The notes under the pieces were generated by a model. The model did no database searches. It was given only the letters and a program-made list of their open reading frames with translations, and was not told the origin of the DNA. A stretch of 63,113 bases of DNA, filler included, from Octopus bimaculoides (taxonomy: Eukaryota): the NCBI RefSeq assembly GCF_001194135.2. It is 4 parts of 4 records of this genome, joined end to end, with 100 filler letters (N's around TTAATTAATTAA, not from the genome) between each part and the next. Parts side by side here need not be neighbours in the genome. Positions count along the whole stretch, not along the records: positions 27,744 to 52,824 come from NC_069005.1; positions 52,925 to 60,397 come from NC_068993.1; positions 60,498 to 63,113 come from NC_069007.1; 1 more part is not named here. The stretch is one strand, 5' to 3'. The first letter of the stretch is position 1. Each line of letters starts with the position of its first letter. This document shows positions 48,732 through 61,844 of the stretch, piece after piece. The position numbers and the translations under genes were made by a program.

Positions 48732-49808
48732 TCAAAGCATAGATGTTGTTGTTGTTTTACCAATGTCATCGTTATTGTAAGAATATCTAAAGCAAGTTTT
48801 CAGTGAAGTTCGGACCATTTCCACGAAATGGTTCCGGAAGTGCTGACTCATGGTGCAGTAAAACAGGAAATTGATTGCGTTATTAATTAGCGCAATAATA
48901 TCCATGACATCACCGAGTAATAAGTAAATTTTGAAGAAAAAGCCATCGATAATACTACTCAAAACTATGAAGATTCCTTGTGGAAGTTCTGTTATCAGAA
49001 ATAAAACGATGATGGCCAGCAACATGCGCGTTGTCCGAGAGTGTTGGCGCACTCTTTGTTCCACCGACGAACTGCGGAGTATTTTTGTGCGCTGCTTGGT
49101 CTCTCGTAGCGTATGTAGTAAAAGTCCACCGAAAATGGTTATAAGAACGCACGGGAGCAATTTACCAATAACGGCATAGGACCAGAAAGCAATCACAGCA
49201 AAAAGTAGTGGGTCAGGGCGACCGATACCCATATCTTTGAGGCCATATATACTCTCGTTGTTTTCGGTGGTCGTTGATAGGACGACGCGGTTAGTGAGAT
49301 AATGTGGTATTGTAAAAACTGTAGCCACAGCATATATGAGGCATACTATCAACGCCGTCGTCTGTACATTGGGAATCCGTTCGCCCTTTCCCTTTGAAAT
49401 GATGAAAAAGTATCGAAGCATTGCAAGAAATACAGCCAACCAAATTGATATCGTATGCGTAGTCATTGTGATATCGATGTGAAAAACGAAGAACAACACC
49501 CAGCCGTATGAATATTTCTCTGGGGTTCTACTCAGACCGTGCCTGATGTAGAAATGTATTGCAAAAGGGACATAGGACGTCATGGTAAGGATGTCGGAAA
49601 TTGCGATTCCCGTAAGGATGCAGTTGATTGAAGTGCGCATGCTCTTGTCAGTCAGTATGATGATATTGACGATGTTGGTTACTATGCCGAATGTGCAAAC
49701 TACTAAGCTGAGGTAACCATGGATGTACCAGTAGCGGAGAGCAAATCGGTTCAGTAAACTTTCTTCGTCGCTGCCACTCTCATCTTCGCTCAAGGAAATG
49801 TTAAGCAT
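48732..49808 (-). CDS. Class A 7TM neuropeptide-type GPCR, myosuppressin-receptor/dmsr-1-like (Srw-type), 358 aa, single coding exon
   Basis: Intact ORF with seven hydrophobic helices: TM1 GYLSLVVCTFGIVTN, TM2 LTGIAISD, TM3 HTISIWLAVFLAMLRY, TM5 KLLPC, TM6 TTRMLL..LFLITELPQG, TM7 INFLFYCTMSQHFR. The ATG at 49808 follows a splice acceptor. Confidence 0.92.
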   Translation of the reverse strand: MLNISLSEDESGSDEESLLNRFALRYWYIHGYLSLVVCTFGIVTNIVNIIILTDKSMRTSINCILTGIAISDILTMTSYVPFAIHFYIRHGLSRTPEKYSYGWVLFFVFHIDITMTTHTISIWLAVFLAMLRYFFIISKGKGERIPNVQTTALIVCLIYAVATVFTIPHYLTNRVVLSTTTENNESIYGLKDMGIGRPDPLLFAVIAFWSYAVIGKLLPCVLITIFGGLLLHTLRETKQRTKILRSSSVEQRVRQHSRTTRMLLAIIVLFLITELPQGIFIVLSSIIDGFFFKIYLLLGDVMDIIALINNAINFLFYCTMSQHFRNHFVEMVRTSLKTCFRYSYNNDDIGKTTTTSML

Positions 49809-49827
49809 CTTTACAATTTGGTCAGAT

Positions 49828-49860
49828 CTGGAAAAGTTAAAGAAATAGAAAAGAAGAAAA
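49828..49860 (-). promoter_or_regulatory. 3' splice acceptor of a 5'-UTR intron of the GPCR gene
   Basis: Minus strand reads TTTTCTTCTTTTCTATTTCTTTAACTTTTCCAG|ATCTGACC...AAGATG. Confidence 0.65.
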
Positions 49861-50536
49861 TTAGTAAATTTTGCATAACTAACAATATCCTCTCCTTCAA
49901 ATTCACAACCCCCGCTCCCCAACTTTTCTGCTCCTTTTTACATGCAAACATAGATTCAAACATACTTTTCCTCTAAGTATTATTCTCTGGTATGCCATCC
50001 CCTTTTTTCTCTTCCCCGCTACCGAACTTTATATATCTCTCCTCTTCTTTTTGTCAATTTCTCTCTCTATCCCTCCCCCTTCCCTCTCCCTTTCTCCACA
50101 CTTTCTTCACCCTAATTTAGCCAACGACTTCTACTACTCTACATTTGCAGATTCAGCAAGATTTATGTTTTAGGCAGACTAGAAATTTTCCAAGAATGAA
50201 AGCCTAACCCTGTTGTGACTGGTCTTGCTGAAAGCGAAAAGTCGCTGCTGTAGGTCCAATACAAGTTGGTGCCAGTGTGGTCACGGATAAAGCTCTTAGT
50301 AACAGATACCATATGTCACTTCTCTTTCCCGACTCTCTACTAGTTCAGCCAATCCAACGCCGAAAGAAAGAAGGGTAAATTTCACCCCGGTGGTATTTGA
50401 ACTCCAGAACAAGACGACTGGATGCGGATGTTTTTGGGCGCTTTCGATTTGGCATGACTGACTGGACATTCAGTCTGTTTCGGCTACGGTACATTTTGGC
50501 AGGGGAAACAAGCACACACACAAATACACACACACA

Positions 50537-50570
<34 letters not shown>

Positions 50571-50584
50571 ACACACAAAACTAG

Positions 50585-50865
50585 CACTCCGTCGGTGTTT
50601 CGACGATGTTTCAGTTGATCTGATCAACAAAGCAGCTTCTTCGTGAAATTGACTTGCAAGTAGCTGAGCACTCCACACAAACGCTGACCCAGAATAAAAT
50701 TCACTGTGAGACTCAGAGTGACACAGTATGTGACAAGGCTGACCTTTTAAATTACAGGTGCAACACATTTTTGCCAGCTGAGTGGACTGGAGCATCGTGA
50801 AATAGAGTGTCTTGTTCAAGGACACAACGCGCCGCCTGGAATCGAACTCATAATCTTAACAACTA
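50585..50865 (-). mobile_element. tRNA-derived SINE sharing the family 1 core but with a different head
   Basis: B box GAGTTCGATTCC, TGTGTCCTTGAACAAGACACT and core GTGGAGTGCTCAGC.ACTTGCA...GTTGATCAGATCAACT. Confidence 0.75.
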
Positions 50866-51433
50866 AGCTACGCACATTCACACACACATACACACACGCA
50901 CGTACAGACTCACACACACACACTCATATATACTTTCATTCACACATCAACGCCAAAAAGGCTACGACAAAACATCTCGTAGTTTTAAACTGTAACGGCA
51001 GATTTTCGGAACAGTTACAGCAAGATATTAACATCCAACAGCTCTACTGACGCAGATACTTCACCACTAAGGACATATAAGAGGGGGCTGAAAGCTGTCG
51101 ATAACCACGACACCATTTACTACTGTCATTTAGAAAGATTGTTTTGAAGAGAGCGTGAGCAACATGGGTGCTCGCACACAACAGGTTGAAAGAAATCTAT
51201 CAGTAAATGAACTCATCTGTCTTCTTCAGTTTGATGCCTTTTTTTTTAATTAAAAGAAAACCTGATGCCTTTCTTTCCTGTCAAGCCCATTATTGTATGA
51301 GAGGCCACTGACTTCAAATGTGTAATGTTTCAGTTACTTTAGAGAGTCAGATATATACAACGATTCACGCACACACATATATGTATGTATATTTATATAT
51401 ATATGTATGTAAGTATATATATATATATGTGTT

Positions 51434-51477
<44 letters not shown>

Positions 51478-51595
51478 CATGTACACATATATGTATAAAT
51501 AATTAGATATATAGATCTATAGATAGGTACATCCACAGACAAATAGACAGATAGATAGAGAGTAAGATAGACAGATAAATAGATAGAGAGAGAAA

Positions 51596-51692
<97 letters not shown>

Positions 51693-52399
51693 TATAGGAT
51701 ACAAAGATGGATTAAAAGATTTAGGGAGATGAGGTAAATGAGGATTGTGATACAGACGTGTAGTTGCCCAGGAAACGTATAAACATGCTGATTAATAGGA
51801 AGGCGTATAAGCAAATTATTGCATTGACCAAAGTTCTGTGAGGCAGGAGTCTGCCAAACTGATCAAATCTATTTATCGTGTCTAAAGCTGGCTTTTACCA
51901 CTAAGGTGCAACGTGGGCGGCAATACAGTTTTCTCAAACATGTTATAACATTTTCATTATGGAAGCTGTTGCTGCGCTGTCAAATATTATCTATTTTATT
52001 GAATATTATGCAGCCTGTCAGTAGTTCAATTGAGTTCTACTTATCTCCCTCACTTACTTGAGAAGGTTGGATTATTCTCCGCTGACATACTACGACGAAG
52101 TCTCCAAGATTATGCTGCAGATAAGCTAGAGATTTTTATTTATTTACGGCCTCAACATTTTTCTCATACCTTTTTGCGCTTTAGTCTATTCTCTACTATT
52201 TATTTGTTTCTCTCCATGAAATTCAATTGAACTCAGTTTTTGTCTTAAATTCATACTTATTCATTCTAAGCTTAGCCATCTTTCCTTGTACAAAGGCTTC
52301 CTAAATTCATGCTACTTATCTATTCTATTTACCTAGGTTCCATTGCTCTTTTAAAAATTACGATTTATGCATTGTTGTCTCTCAAATATTTAGAATCTA

Positions 52400-52790
52400 C
52401 GATTAAGAAGTCTATCTCCTGGCTGGTGGGTGGTACACACGCCCTCCCACCTCCTCCACCGGAAGTTCATTCCTCTGTCATCCCACCCCCTCCACCGGAA
52501 GTTCATTCCTCTGTCATCCCGGAGTCATCTAGTAGCCTCGGTCATCCCCTCCCCTACCTTTGGGTAGCGCATAAAGTTCGAGTAATGTTTGCAGGTTGTA
52601 GGTACTGTTTTGCTTATGAATTCTGCCAATTGCAAGCTTTCTTTTCAGGTACACAACACTGCTTTTCCCCTTCCCAGGCTACAGGCCCACACCCCCAACA
52701 CCCATACTGTTAGGATTGGCACTCTCAACGTCGGCACGCTGAAAGGTAGATCTGGTGAAATTGTTGAGATGCCAAAGCGAACTTACCGAT
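52400..52790 (+). mobile_element. RTE-clade LINE 5' fragment: putative 5' UTR with a 36-bp tandem duplication and start of the APE endonuclease
   Basis: Reads HTVRIGTLNVGTLKGRSGEIVEM; duplication at 52454-52520. Confidence 0.7.
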
Positions 52791-52824
52791 CCTTGCACAA
52801 AGTAAGGAATTGAGAAATATCATT

Positions 52825-52924
52825 NNNNNNNNNNNNNNNNNNNNNNNNNNNNNNNNNNNNNNNNNNNNTTAATTAATTAANNNNNNNNNNNNNNNNNNNN
52901 NNNNNNNNNNNNNNNNNNNNNNNN
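52825..52924. other. Artificial scaffold linker 44N-TTAATTAATTAA-44N
   Basis: Directly visible. Confidence 0.95.
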
Positions 52925-52972
<48 letters not shown>

Positions 52973-53394
52973 GAACATCATCACAGAATTGAAAGTGTTT
53001 CGTTTACATACGAAGTTTACTGTATAATTTGTTTTTTACTGACACAGGACAGGTCAACACAAATTATAAATGTATATGTGAGGGCCTTGCTACGTTCACT
53101 ATCACCAGCAGCCGTGCGACATAATAAACTTGTTATATATGTGCTAAACGCGTAATATTTTGCTTCGTATTCGTATAGAAACGCCATTAGTAAAAATTTA
53201 CTAGTGTAATGTATTTTGACAGACATTTTCACCTTGTTTACCAAAGCCAGTAACTGGCTGAACTGTAGCAGTATTTTCTAATGAATGCAATACTAAATTG
53301 TATTGGAATGATTAGTGAAGAAATATTTCACTACAAAATAATTTCTATAGAATAATTGCTGATATATAGAAGCGTTGGCTGGTTGGTTGGTAGG

Positions 53395-53454
<60 letters not shown>

Positions 53455-53584
53455 TTGCTTCGGTTGACTGGTTAATTTCTCCAGCCATATTATGCATCGT
53501 AGAGAGTGAGAGACAGAGAGAAAGAGAAATCGAGTAAGAGAGAGAGAGAAAGAGAGTAAAAGATAGAGAAAGAGAGTAAAAGAT

Positions 53585-53651
<67 letters not shown>

Positions 53652-53939
53652 AACTAAAACGGATTTACTGTAAGGGTTTAATTCAAGACTTGCACGATTG
53701 TATTTCAATGTTAAATTTAAATTCTAATTTTAGAATTTCATCCGTTTTTACGTCCCGTATTCAAATTTCGCCGAGACCGTCTTTGCCGTTCAGTTGTATA
53801 TTTTTACCTTCAATCTTTTGTCTCTCATCCATCCCGACTTGATAAAATATATACCAGTAATTAACTGGCAACGTTCTTATCAAATGTATGCGTCTTCATA
53901 TTCATGTTTCACCTGAATGACATCTCTAAGGCATTATCT

Positions 53940-54198
53940 CAGTGGCTCTCAACCGGTGTCCGTATGACTTTTGGGGCTGTATATAACATTTTTTCATATT
54001 AAAAATAATTCTCATTATATTGGTTATACTTCTGTTATACACAAAATATCTGAACAAATCTTATACAATTCTTAATGATATTTAAGCATAAATAGTTAAT
54101 AGGTGGGGTTCTTTTTAAAGGAATAGCTATAGGGGCCCAGTAGAATAAGATATGAACCAAATGCGTCCATATGCAAAAAACAAGATCGAGAATTACAG
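53940..54198. mobile_element. Non-autonomous hAT-type MITE
   Basis: Left TIR CAGTGGCTCTCAACC, degenerate right TIR GATCGAGAATTACAG, and a near-perfect 8-bp TSD CATTATCT/CATTAGCT. Confidence 0.65.
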
Positions 54199-55380
54199 CA
54201 TTAGCTCGAAGTCCATATATTGAGTCTTGATCGTTAGAAGATAACCGCTAAATATTCCTTAAATAATATCATAACTTTTTCGAAAAAATGTAGGACATGA
54301 CAGATAATGCGGTCCTTGGTGTATTATACTGGATAACAAAAGAACTGGTTGGGGAGAAGTACAGTTAAACAATAAAAGCAATAACTATACATGCCGTAAC
54401 AACGAGGGCGAACTGGGTCCTTGGAAGAAGATGATGCACATACATAGGACAACACGTAGCATTGTTAAACAAACATCACTATGGAAACATCATGTAGAAT
54501 TACTGTCAGATTCATGACGAGTAAAACAATAAATATAGGAACGGAAGTAGTGTTTTTTGTAATTTTATAATATCCCTTTTTTTCTTTTAGCATTTGACGT
54601 TGAAGAATATTGAAGATATTGCAGGTGAGAGTCATCAAACATTTCTTATTCATTTTAGATTTATTATCTTTTATTTTTATTTTTATTATCTTTTATTTTT
54701 TCATTTACCTTCATTTTTTTGGTTTTGTTATTTTATTATTTTTTTTTTTGCCAAGGCATTCAACAAGAAAAAATATAAAACAAATTTTCGAGGAAGAAAT
54801 CGGTGTCAAGATTGTAAAGCTTCTTGTTGAGTTATGGCTGAATTAAGTAGACGTTGAGGGGATTAGGTTTGATGCGGCCATCTTTAGTCGCAAATTCTAC
54901 TTCAGAGAAATGGTGACAACCACAGAAACGACTGCGTTGAAATTCGCCATTAGCCATTACAGTGACAAATGACGCCTAAGTGTCTTTTCACTTCAGGTCA
55001 AACATACTCTCGACTTATTATTTTCTTCACGTGTGCATGCGTAAATGTGTATAAATGCATATATATGTATATATTGAACTTATTAACGATTGTAGTGATA
55101 ATACATTATATGTACCACTAAGGTAGGAGATGGGTAAAAGATGCGCATGTGAATGTTACGGTAAATGTATGTGTTATGTATATGTGTTAGGGGTTGGTTC
55201 TGTAACACTTTTTTCTTTCCGCTTTCAGTATTTCTTTAGGAAAATTGTTTTATCCTTTCTAAAAGATCCCTTCATATTTTCCTGGTTTTTCTCTATATAT
55301 TTTACCAAGCACTTCTATGTATATACATAGAAATACAGGTATATATGTATGTGTATGTAGCGTATGTATACATATAAATA

Positions 55381-55426
<46 letters not shown>

Positions 55427-56824
55427 NNNNNNNNNNNNNNNNNNNNNNNNNNNNNNNNNNNNNNNNNNNNNNNNNNNNNNNNNNNNNNNNNNNNNNNNNN
55501 NNNNNNNNNNNNNNNNNNNNNNNNNNNNNNNNNNNNNNNNNNNNNNNNNNNNNNNNNNNNNNNNNNNNNNNNNNNNNNNNNNNNNNNNNNNNNNNNNNNN
55601 NNNNNNNNNNNNNNNNNNNNNNNNNNNNNNNNNNNNNNNNNNNNNNNNNNNNNNNNNNNNNNNNNNNNNNNNNNNNNNNNNNNNNNNNNNNNNNNNNNNN
55701 NNNNNNNNNNNNNNNNNNNNNNNNNNNNNNNNNNNNNNNNNNNNNNNNNNNNNNNNNNNNNNNNNNNNNNNNNNNNNNNNNNNNNNNNNNNNNNNNNNNN
55801 NNNNNNNNNNNNNNNNNNNNNNNNNNNNNNNNNNNNNNNNNNNNNNNNNNNNNNNNNNNNNNNNNNNNNNNNNNNNNNNNNNNNNNNNNNNNNNNNNNNN
55901 NNNNNNNNNNNNNNNNNNNNNNNNNNNNNNNNNNNNNNNNNNNNNNNNNNNNNNNNNNNNNNNNNNNNNNNNNNNNNNNNNNNNNNNNNNNNNNNNNNNN
56001 NNNNNNNNNNNNNNNNNNNNNNNNNNNNNNNNNNNNNNNNNNNNNNNNNNNNNNNNNNNNNNNNNNNNNNNNNNNNNNNNNNNNNNNNNNNNNNNNNNNN
56101 NNNNNNNNNNNNNNNNNNNNNNNNNNNNNNNNNNNNNNNNNNNNNNNNNNNNNNNNNNNNNNNNNNNNNNNNNNNNNNNNNNNNNNNNNNNNNNNNNNNN
56201 NNNNNNNNNNNNNNNNNNNNNNNNNNNNNNNNNNNNTATATATATATATATATGGAGAATAAAACAAGACAAGGGCGTTGAAAGAGAGGTAACGGCAGAT
56301 ACATAAAGACATAGCGGAAGATGTGACAGAGGAAGAAAAACAAAGAAAAAAAGAGTTGTGATAAAAAAAAAAAAACTTAGATAAAAGATAAGCGGTGCTT
56401 TAATGGTATAGAAAAAAAGTTTTACATCAATATAATATGATGTGGATTTACAATAGAGTTAATAGTGCGAAATATTGAAGCGACAAATGTACAAATCGGG
56501 CATAAAATTCTAAGGCGCTCCAAGTGCTTTAAAACGCACATACCGTGCACATGTATACTTATGTTTCTACTCACAAAGAAGCACACACACACACACACAC
56601 ACAGTCACACATATATAAATAAATATTTAAAATATATTTGCATAGATGCGTACATACGTATATGACTTACATGTATACGTATAGTTAGTGTATACATAGC
56701 TATGTATATATGTGCATCAAAACATACTTGTGTGCAGACGCACATATACATGCTAATATAGTCACCGAGACCACAGACGTTAATGTACATATACATACAT
56801 ACGTGAATACATACATACATAGAT

Positions 56825-56859
<35 letters not shown>

Positions 56860-57203
56860 TATAGATAGATAGATAGATAGATATAGATATATAATTGAGG
56901 GTGTTACAAGTGACACTAACACGTTAAAATAGCAACCAGAAGACGACTACAAACACAAATTTTTACTGGTATAAATGAGTTGAAACCGGGGCGTGGGGAG
57001 CAGAAATTCTAAGCACCCGTACTAATAACGAAAAGAATCGTAAATTGAAAAGCCAGAAATAGCAGTATCGTCACGATTTAAAATTTTGTGACAATATCAG
57101 TGATCATCAACGAGTCTTACTGAGTTAGTAAGATGCACTACCAGGCACTGGCTCTCATGCCGTATGATTTTAGCTGATTGGAAGTGCTATTATGAACATA
57201 TAC

Positions 57204-57322
<119 letters not shown>

Positions 57323-59589
57323 ATATCAAATTAAGCAACAGGATATCAAGTAGTAATGCAGTACGACCGTTTCATGCGGCTCCATTTAATTCAACAATGC
57401 AATCATTACATCAATTTAAATGCAGAGCTATCTTCAGCTGCGCAATATATAGAAGGTTTTAACAAGTAAGATACATTAATATGATTTTTCTTAAATATGT
57501 TAACAGAGTAAGTAGATGGAAGAAAATTTTGTTGTCGCTATTGTAGCAAAGTGCCTAAGAATAGACTACAATTTCTAAGAATTGCATGGAGAATAGTTGA
57601 GTCATAGGGTTGTAAGTCTTGTAATTAATTTCTAATTTATTTATCTCTAGAAGACTGTGTTTATTTTGAATAATGAACAAGTGTAAGTTGATAGCTCATG
57701 GCTAGATATGGACATAAATATTATCATAGGTATTCCTTTTCCCCAAGAGAAAGGAAATAAGACATTGGGAAAACTCAATTTCATAGAAATAACTGTCTAT
57801 AAAAAATGAGGCAGGGTAGGGGAAGACTTTAAATCATGATGCTTGTTACCAGTTAAAGGGGAAAGCCACTAAGACACTTAAGATGTTAATACATAAAAAA
57901 ATTTATTAGGGGCACGATGTCAGAACGTTTATAAACAATATTATGTTGTATAAAAATAAGATTTAACAATTCCAAAATGATATCATTACCAAAATAGCCG
58001 ACAGGTGTATATATATCAATTATAAAAATCAAAAAGGAATATTATGTAGAATCAGTTTGATAACTATTCTTGTGCTTAATTAATTAATTATTAGGTGATT
58101 TCTATAAAGACTGCTCAAGGCACTTACATATAGAATATCTGGAAAGATATACATACTATCTATTAATTTTAAACCATGAATCAGAAGCGAGATATTGAGA
58201 TAGTGGTAATACATTATATATATGTATACGGTCGTACTACATTACCGCTTGATATGCTGCATATTTTGATATTATTCACCTTACTTTGAGCTGTGACTTA
58301 CATCAATTTTAATTAATTTATTTATTTATTTATTCATTTATTTATTTATTTATTTATTCTTCACTCTGATGAAGCGCCATGTTTCAGATCGGTTTTATTA
58401 CCAAATATGATAATTATTTTTAGTATATCAATGGCAATGCCATAGAACATTGGAAGCAAAAACTGCTGTTAGATAGGAAGCGGTCATTTTGTTTTGAATT
58501 AATAAATAATTGATGTAAGTCATTTGTTTACCAATATTTCTCCATTTTCTGCTTTCTTTGAATTTTGTATCTTGATAAATCGTGTTTAACCTTGTCTCTA
58601 CCTATAGACTATGAGCATAAGATGCTTGCATATGTATGCCCATATTTAAACATAGGTAATATACCGGTAGTATAATGGATACTTCTATCCGTTAGACAGT
58701 TATTGTAACTTATAACTCAGCTAATCGTTTATGTGTATATACGTATATCTATCTATTTATCTATCTGTATGTATGTATGCATCTATGTATGTATGTATGT
58801 ATGTATGTATGCATGTATGTATGTATGTATGTATGTATGTATGTATGTATGTATGTATTGTGATATATGTCGCTGTCCTTTCTTTTTCGAAAATAGAACC
58901 CAGAACCCAGATGGTTGGAACTAATCACTATAACGTCTACATTCCATTCATTCCACTAATGTGAATTTTGCGGTCGGAAACTGGCCGTTCTCTGATCAGA
59001 TTATCCTTGTTTTCCTCCCTTCATCCTACATATTTTCTTCTCATAACACAGGTTTTACTTTCCTTGATCTCAGCATATATATCTCTCCTATGCTAACATA
59101 TAATATGAATACGAATTAATCGTTGCAGAAAACGAGTTAATGCGTTTGAGTCATATAACATAGAAAGAAACTAAAATTAATCGCCAAATAGATCTGTTTC
59201 CTAAAAATAATCCACATCGTCTTAAGCGTTTCAGATCGTAAATTTTAAATCCTAATTCCTGCGCGTGCAATGTAAAGTAAATGGAAGGAAAGTCCACCTA
59301 AGTATCATGACCCACTAATGATAATAATAATAATACAATGGCTATATTCCTTAACCTTGGAACGGAGTCCTACTGAGAAGGATTACTTGATTTAGCGCCT
59401 ATGTTCAAGGACAGTAGTGTCTTGCACAGAATGTCTATGCTGCTGCTTCTGCTGCTGCTGATGATGACGATGACGACGACGATGATGATGATGATGGTGA
59501 TGAGGATGATGATGATGATGATGATGATTTCAAATTTTGGCACGAGGCCGCCATTTTCAAGGCCGGGGGTAAGTGGGTTACAGCCATCC

Positions 59590-59725
59590 CAGTGCTCATG
59601 CAGTACTTATTTTATCAATCTCTAAATAATGAAAGATAAAGCTGACCTTGGCGGAATTTGAACTCAGAACGTAATGACGGACGACATGCAACTAAGCATT
59701 TTGCTCGGCGTGCTAACGATTCTGC
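59590..59725 (-). mobile_element. SINE family 3
   Basis: Contains ACTTATTTTATC...GACCTTGGCGGAATTTGAACTCAGAACGTA...CTAAGCATTTT. Confidence 0.7.
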
Positions 59726-60397
59726 CAGCTCGAAGTTAAGTTTATTTACCAGAGTCATCAATATGTCGAACATTACAAGGAAGAATCTCTTTTTGTGTGG
59801 AGGTTTACGTAAAAATGATGCGGAGAACGGGAATTCTAGGGGCAAAAGCGAGAAACGTATAGATGGTACATAAAATCTGTGGACACATGGATATTAAATT
59901 TCAGCACTGAATATATTCTGGTTGATATTTAATTAATTCAGTAATAGGATAAAGTCTTTTATAAGAATTTATCAAGTAGCTAGTGTGAAAAAACCTCATA
60001 AGGGAAAAATCCATCATTTATTCCCAAAAATATATTCATTTATATAAGAGACCTTTTGTATTCAGATGATTGTGATCTCATAGCGCACACAGAGATTGAT
60101 ATGCAACACATTCTGATGCGCATATGTATGTATATGTGTGTGTATCTGAGTGTGTGTGTGTATGCGTGTTTATGTGTGTATGTGTATGTGTGTGTGTGTA
60201 TGAGCGGATTTGCTTGCATGCAGGGTTTTTTTAAATCGCACCGTTTATCACTTCTTATGCCACTGCAGCCGCCAGAAGAACTGATGCGCAAACTGCAGTC
60301 GGCGTTTCATTGTGAAACATCGCAAGAACAGCAACGTTAAGATCGAACCATCAAAGAATAACTGCGATAACGGAAGAGCATTTAAGTCAATGATGAC

Positions 60398-60497
60398 NNN
60401 NNNNNNNNNNNNNNNNNNNNNNNNNNNNNNNNNNNNNNNNNTTAATTAATTAANNNNNNNNNNNNNNNNNNNNNNNNNNNNNNNNNNNNNNNNNNNN
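60398..60497. other. Artificial scaffold linker 44N-TTAATTAATTAA-44N
   Basis: Directly visible. Confidence 0.95.
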
Positions 60498-60835
60498 GTT
60501 TCGATTCCCAGACCGGGCGTTGTGAGTGTTTATTGAGTGAAAACACTTAAAGCTCCACAAGGCTCCGGCAGGGGATGGTGGCGAACCCTGCTGTACTCTT
60601 TTACCACAACTTCCTCTCACTCTTACTTCTTGTTTCTGTTGTGCCTGTAATTCAAAGGGTCAGCCTTGTCACACTCTGTGTCACGCTGAATATACCCGAG
60701 AACTACGTTAAGGGTACACGTGTCTGTGGAGTGCTCAGCCACTTGCACGTTAATTTCACGAGCAGGCTGTTCCGTTGATCAGATCAACTGGAACCTTCGA
60801 CATCGTAAGCAACAGAGTGCCAACAACAACAACAT
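60498..60835 (+). mobile_element. SINE family 1, 5' end lost in the gap
   Basis: Colinear with 4234-4569 and ends in (AAC)n. Confidence 0.85.
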
Positions 60836-61374
60836 GTGTCTTTGTATATATTGGAATATTTTATATATGGATTAGTACATTGTTGCTAATGGTTTCTTGA
60901 CAAAATTAAAGCAAAAATAGATAAACCCAATTAATTATCAGTTAATCAATTAATCAATTTAAAACCTGTGACCTTCAGTGATAATCTTCTATCTCATGAA
61001 TTTACAAGATGAATGGCTGGTTGCCTGTCATGCATGGTGGTTTTCAAGTGTTACAAAAGCCCAAGAACTCTATGAAAAGCCCCTCTTAATGCTGACATTA
61101 AGAATCTTAAGAATTTCAGGAAAAAGAAGAGGAAAAAAGAAAAAGACTTTTGTATTGTCTGGTGAAACGAAGAACTTTTATGTGATAGAAAACTACTGCC
61201 ACCACCACCACCATCATCATCATCATTATCATCAGTGTTAGTATCATCTCCACCACCATCATAATCATCACCACTATCACCACCACCATCATCATCATCA
61301 CCACCGTCACCACCACCCTGTCATCATCACCACCACCACTACCACCATCATCAGCATCATTTTAGCATCATCCT

Positions 61375-61720
61375 TTCCAACCTTGTATGGTCCAGATGGA
61401 ATTCATTGAGGTAGATTTTCTATGGCTGGATGCCCTTCCTGTCATTAACCTTCATCTTTTTTCTTAGTAAAGATAATATTTCCCTATGGCTTGACATGGT
61501 TTTTTTTTTCTATCACAAAAGATAGGAAGAACACTGCTTACATCATAGTAACACTCATTTACAACTATCACAAAATGTTGTGACAGAAAAACATACACAC
61601 ACACACACCATCATCTTCATCATCATTTAATGTGCATTTTTCCATGCTTGCATGAGTCAGCCAGAATTAGTTGGAGCAGATTTTATATTGCTGGATGTTC
61701 TCCCTGTCACCAACCTTCAT
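61375..61720 (-). mobile_element. Two degenerate RTE-tail-like SINE/LINE 3' fragments with (ATG)n-type tails
   Basis: GATTTT.TA..GCTGGATG..CT.CCTGTCA..AACCTTCATC occurs twice, each preceded by (CAT)n/(CAC)n runs. Confidence 0.5.
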
Positions 61721-61844
61721 CCTTCTAAACTTTTGTAGAGTACCAAATTAATTATTTGTAAGCAAGAATATTGTTGATAGTGACTTCGAAGTTCCAACCA
61801 GTTACGCTACTCTTATAAATATCTTTTATTTTTGACATCTTTCA

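Noticed and set aside
48931-49179. Plus-strand ORFs overlapping the GPCR
   Set aside because: Antisense shadows with no recognisable motifs.
49809-49922. Extended GPCR N-terminus from the track's start at 49922
   Set aside because: The track start is a non-ATG codon, and the segment is a polypyrimidine tract plus AG acceptor; the ATG at 49808 is more plausible.
2342-56343. Many long ORFs in the track (YIYI, CVCV, THTH, poly-X)
   Set aside because: They are translations of dinucleotide microsatellites and N gaps, not genes.
58360-58480. CTGATGA with a distant AAAACTGCTGTT
   Set aside because: No convincing stem I or stem II.
60240-60340. Possible small exon (PPEELMRKLQSAF..) after a CAG acceptor
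   Set aside because: No homology, donor site or partner exon could be identified.
60374-60390. ACGGAAGAGC near a gap, adapter-like
   Set aside because: It does not match AGATCGGAAGAGC and is not at the contig end.
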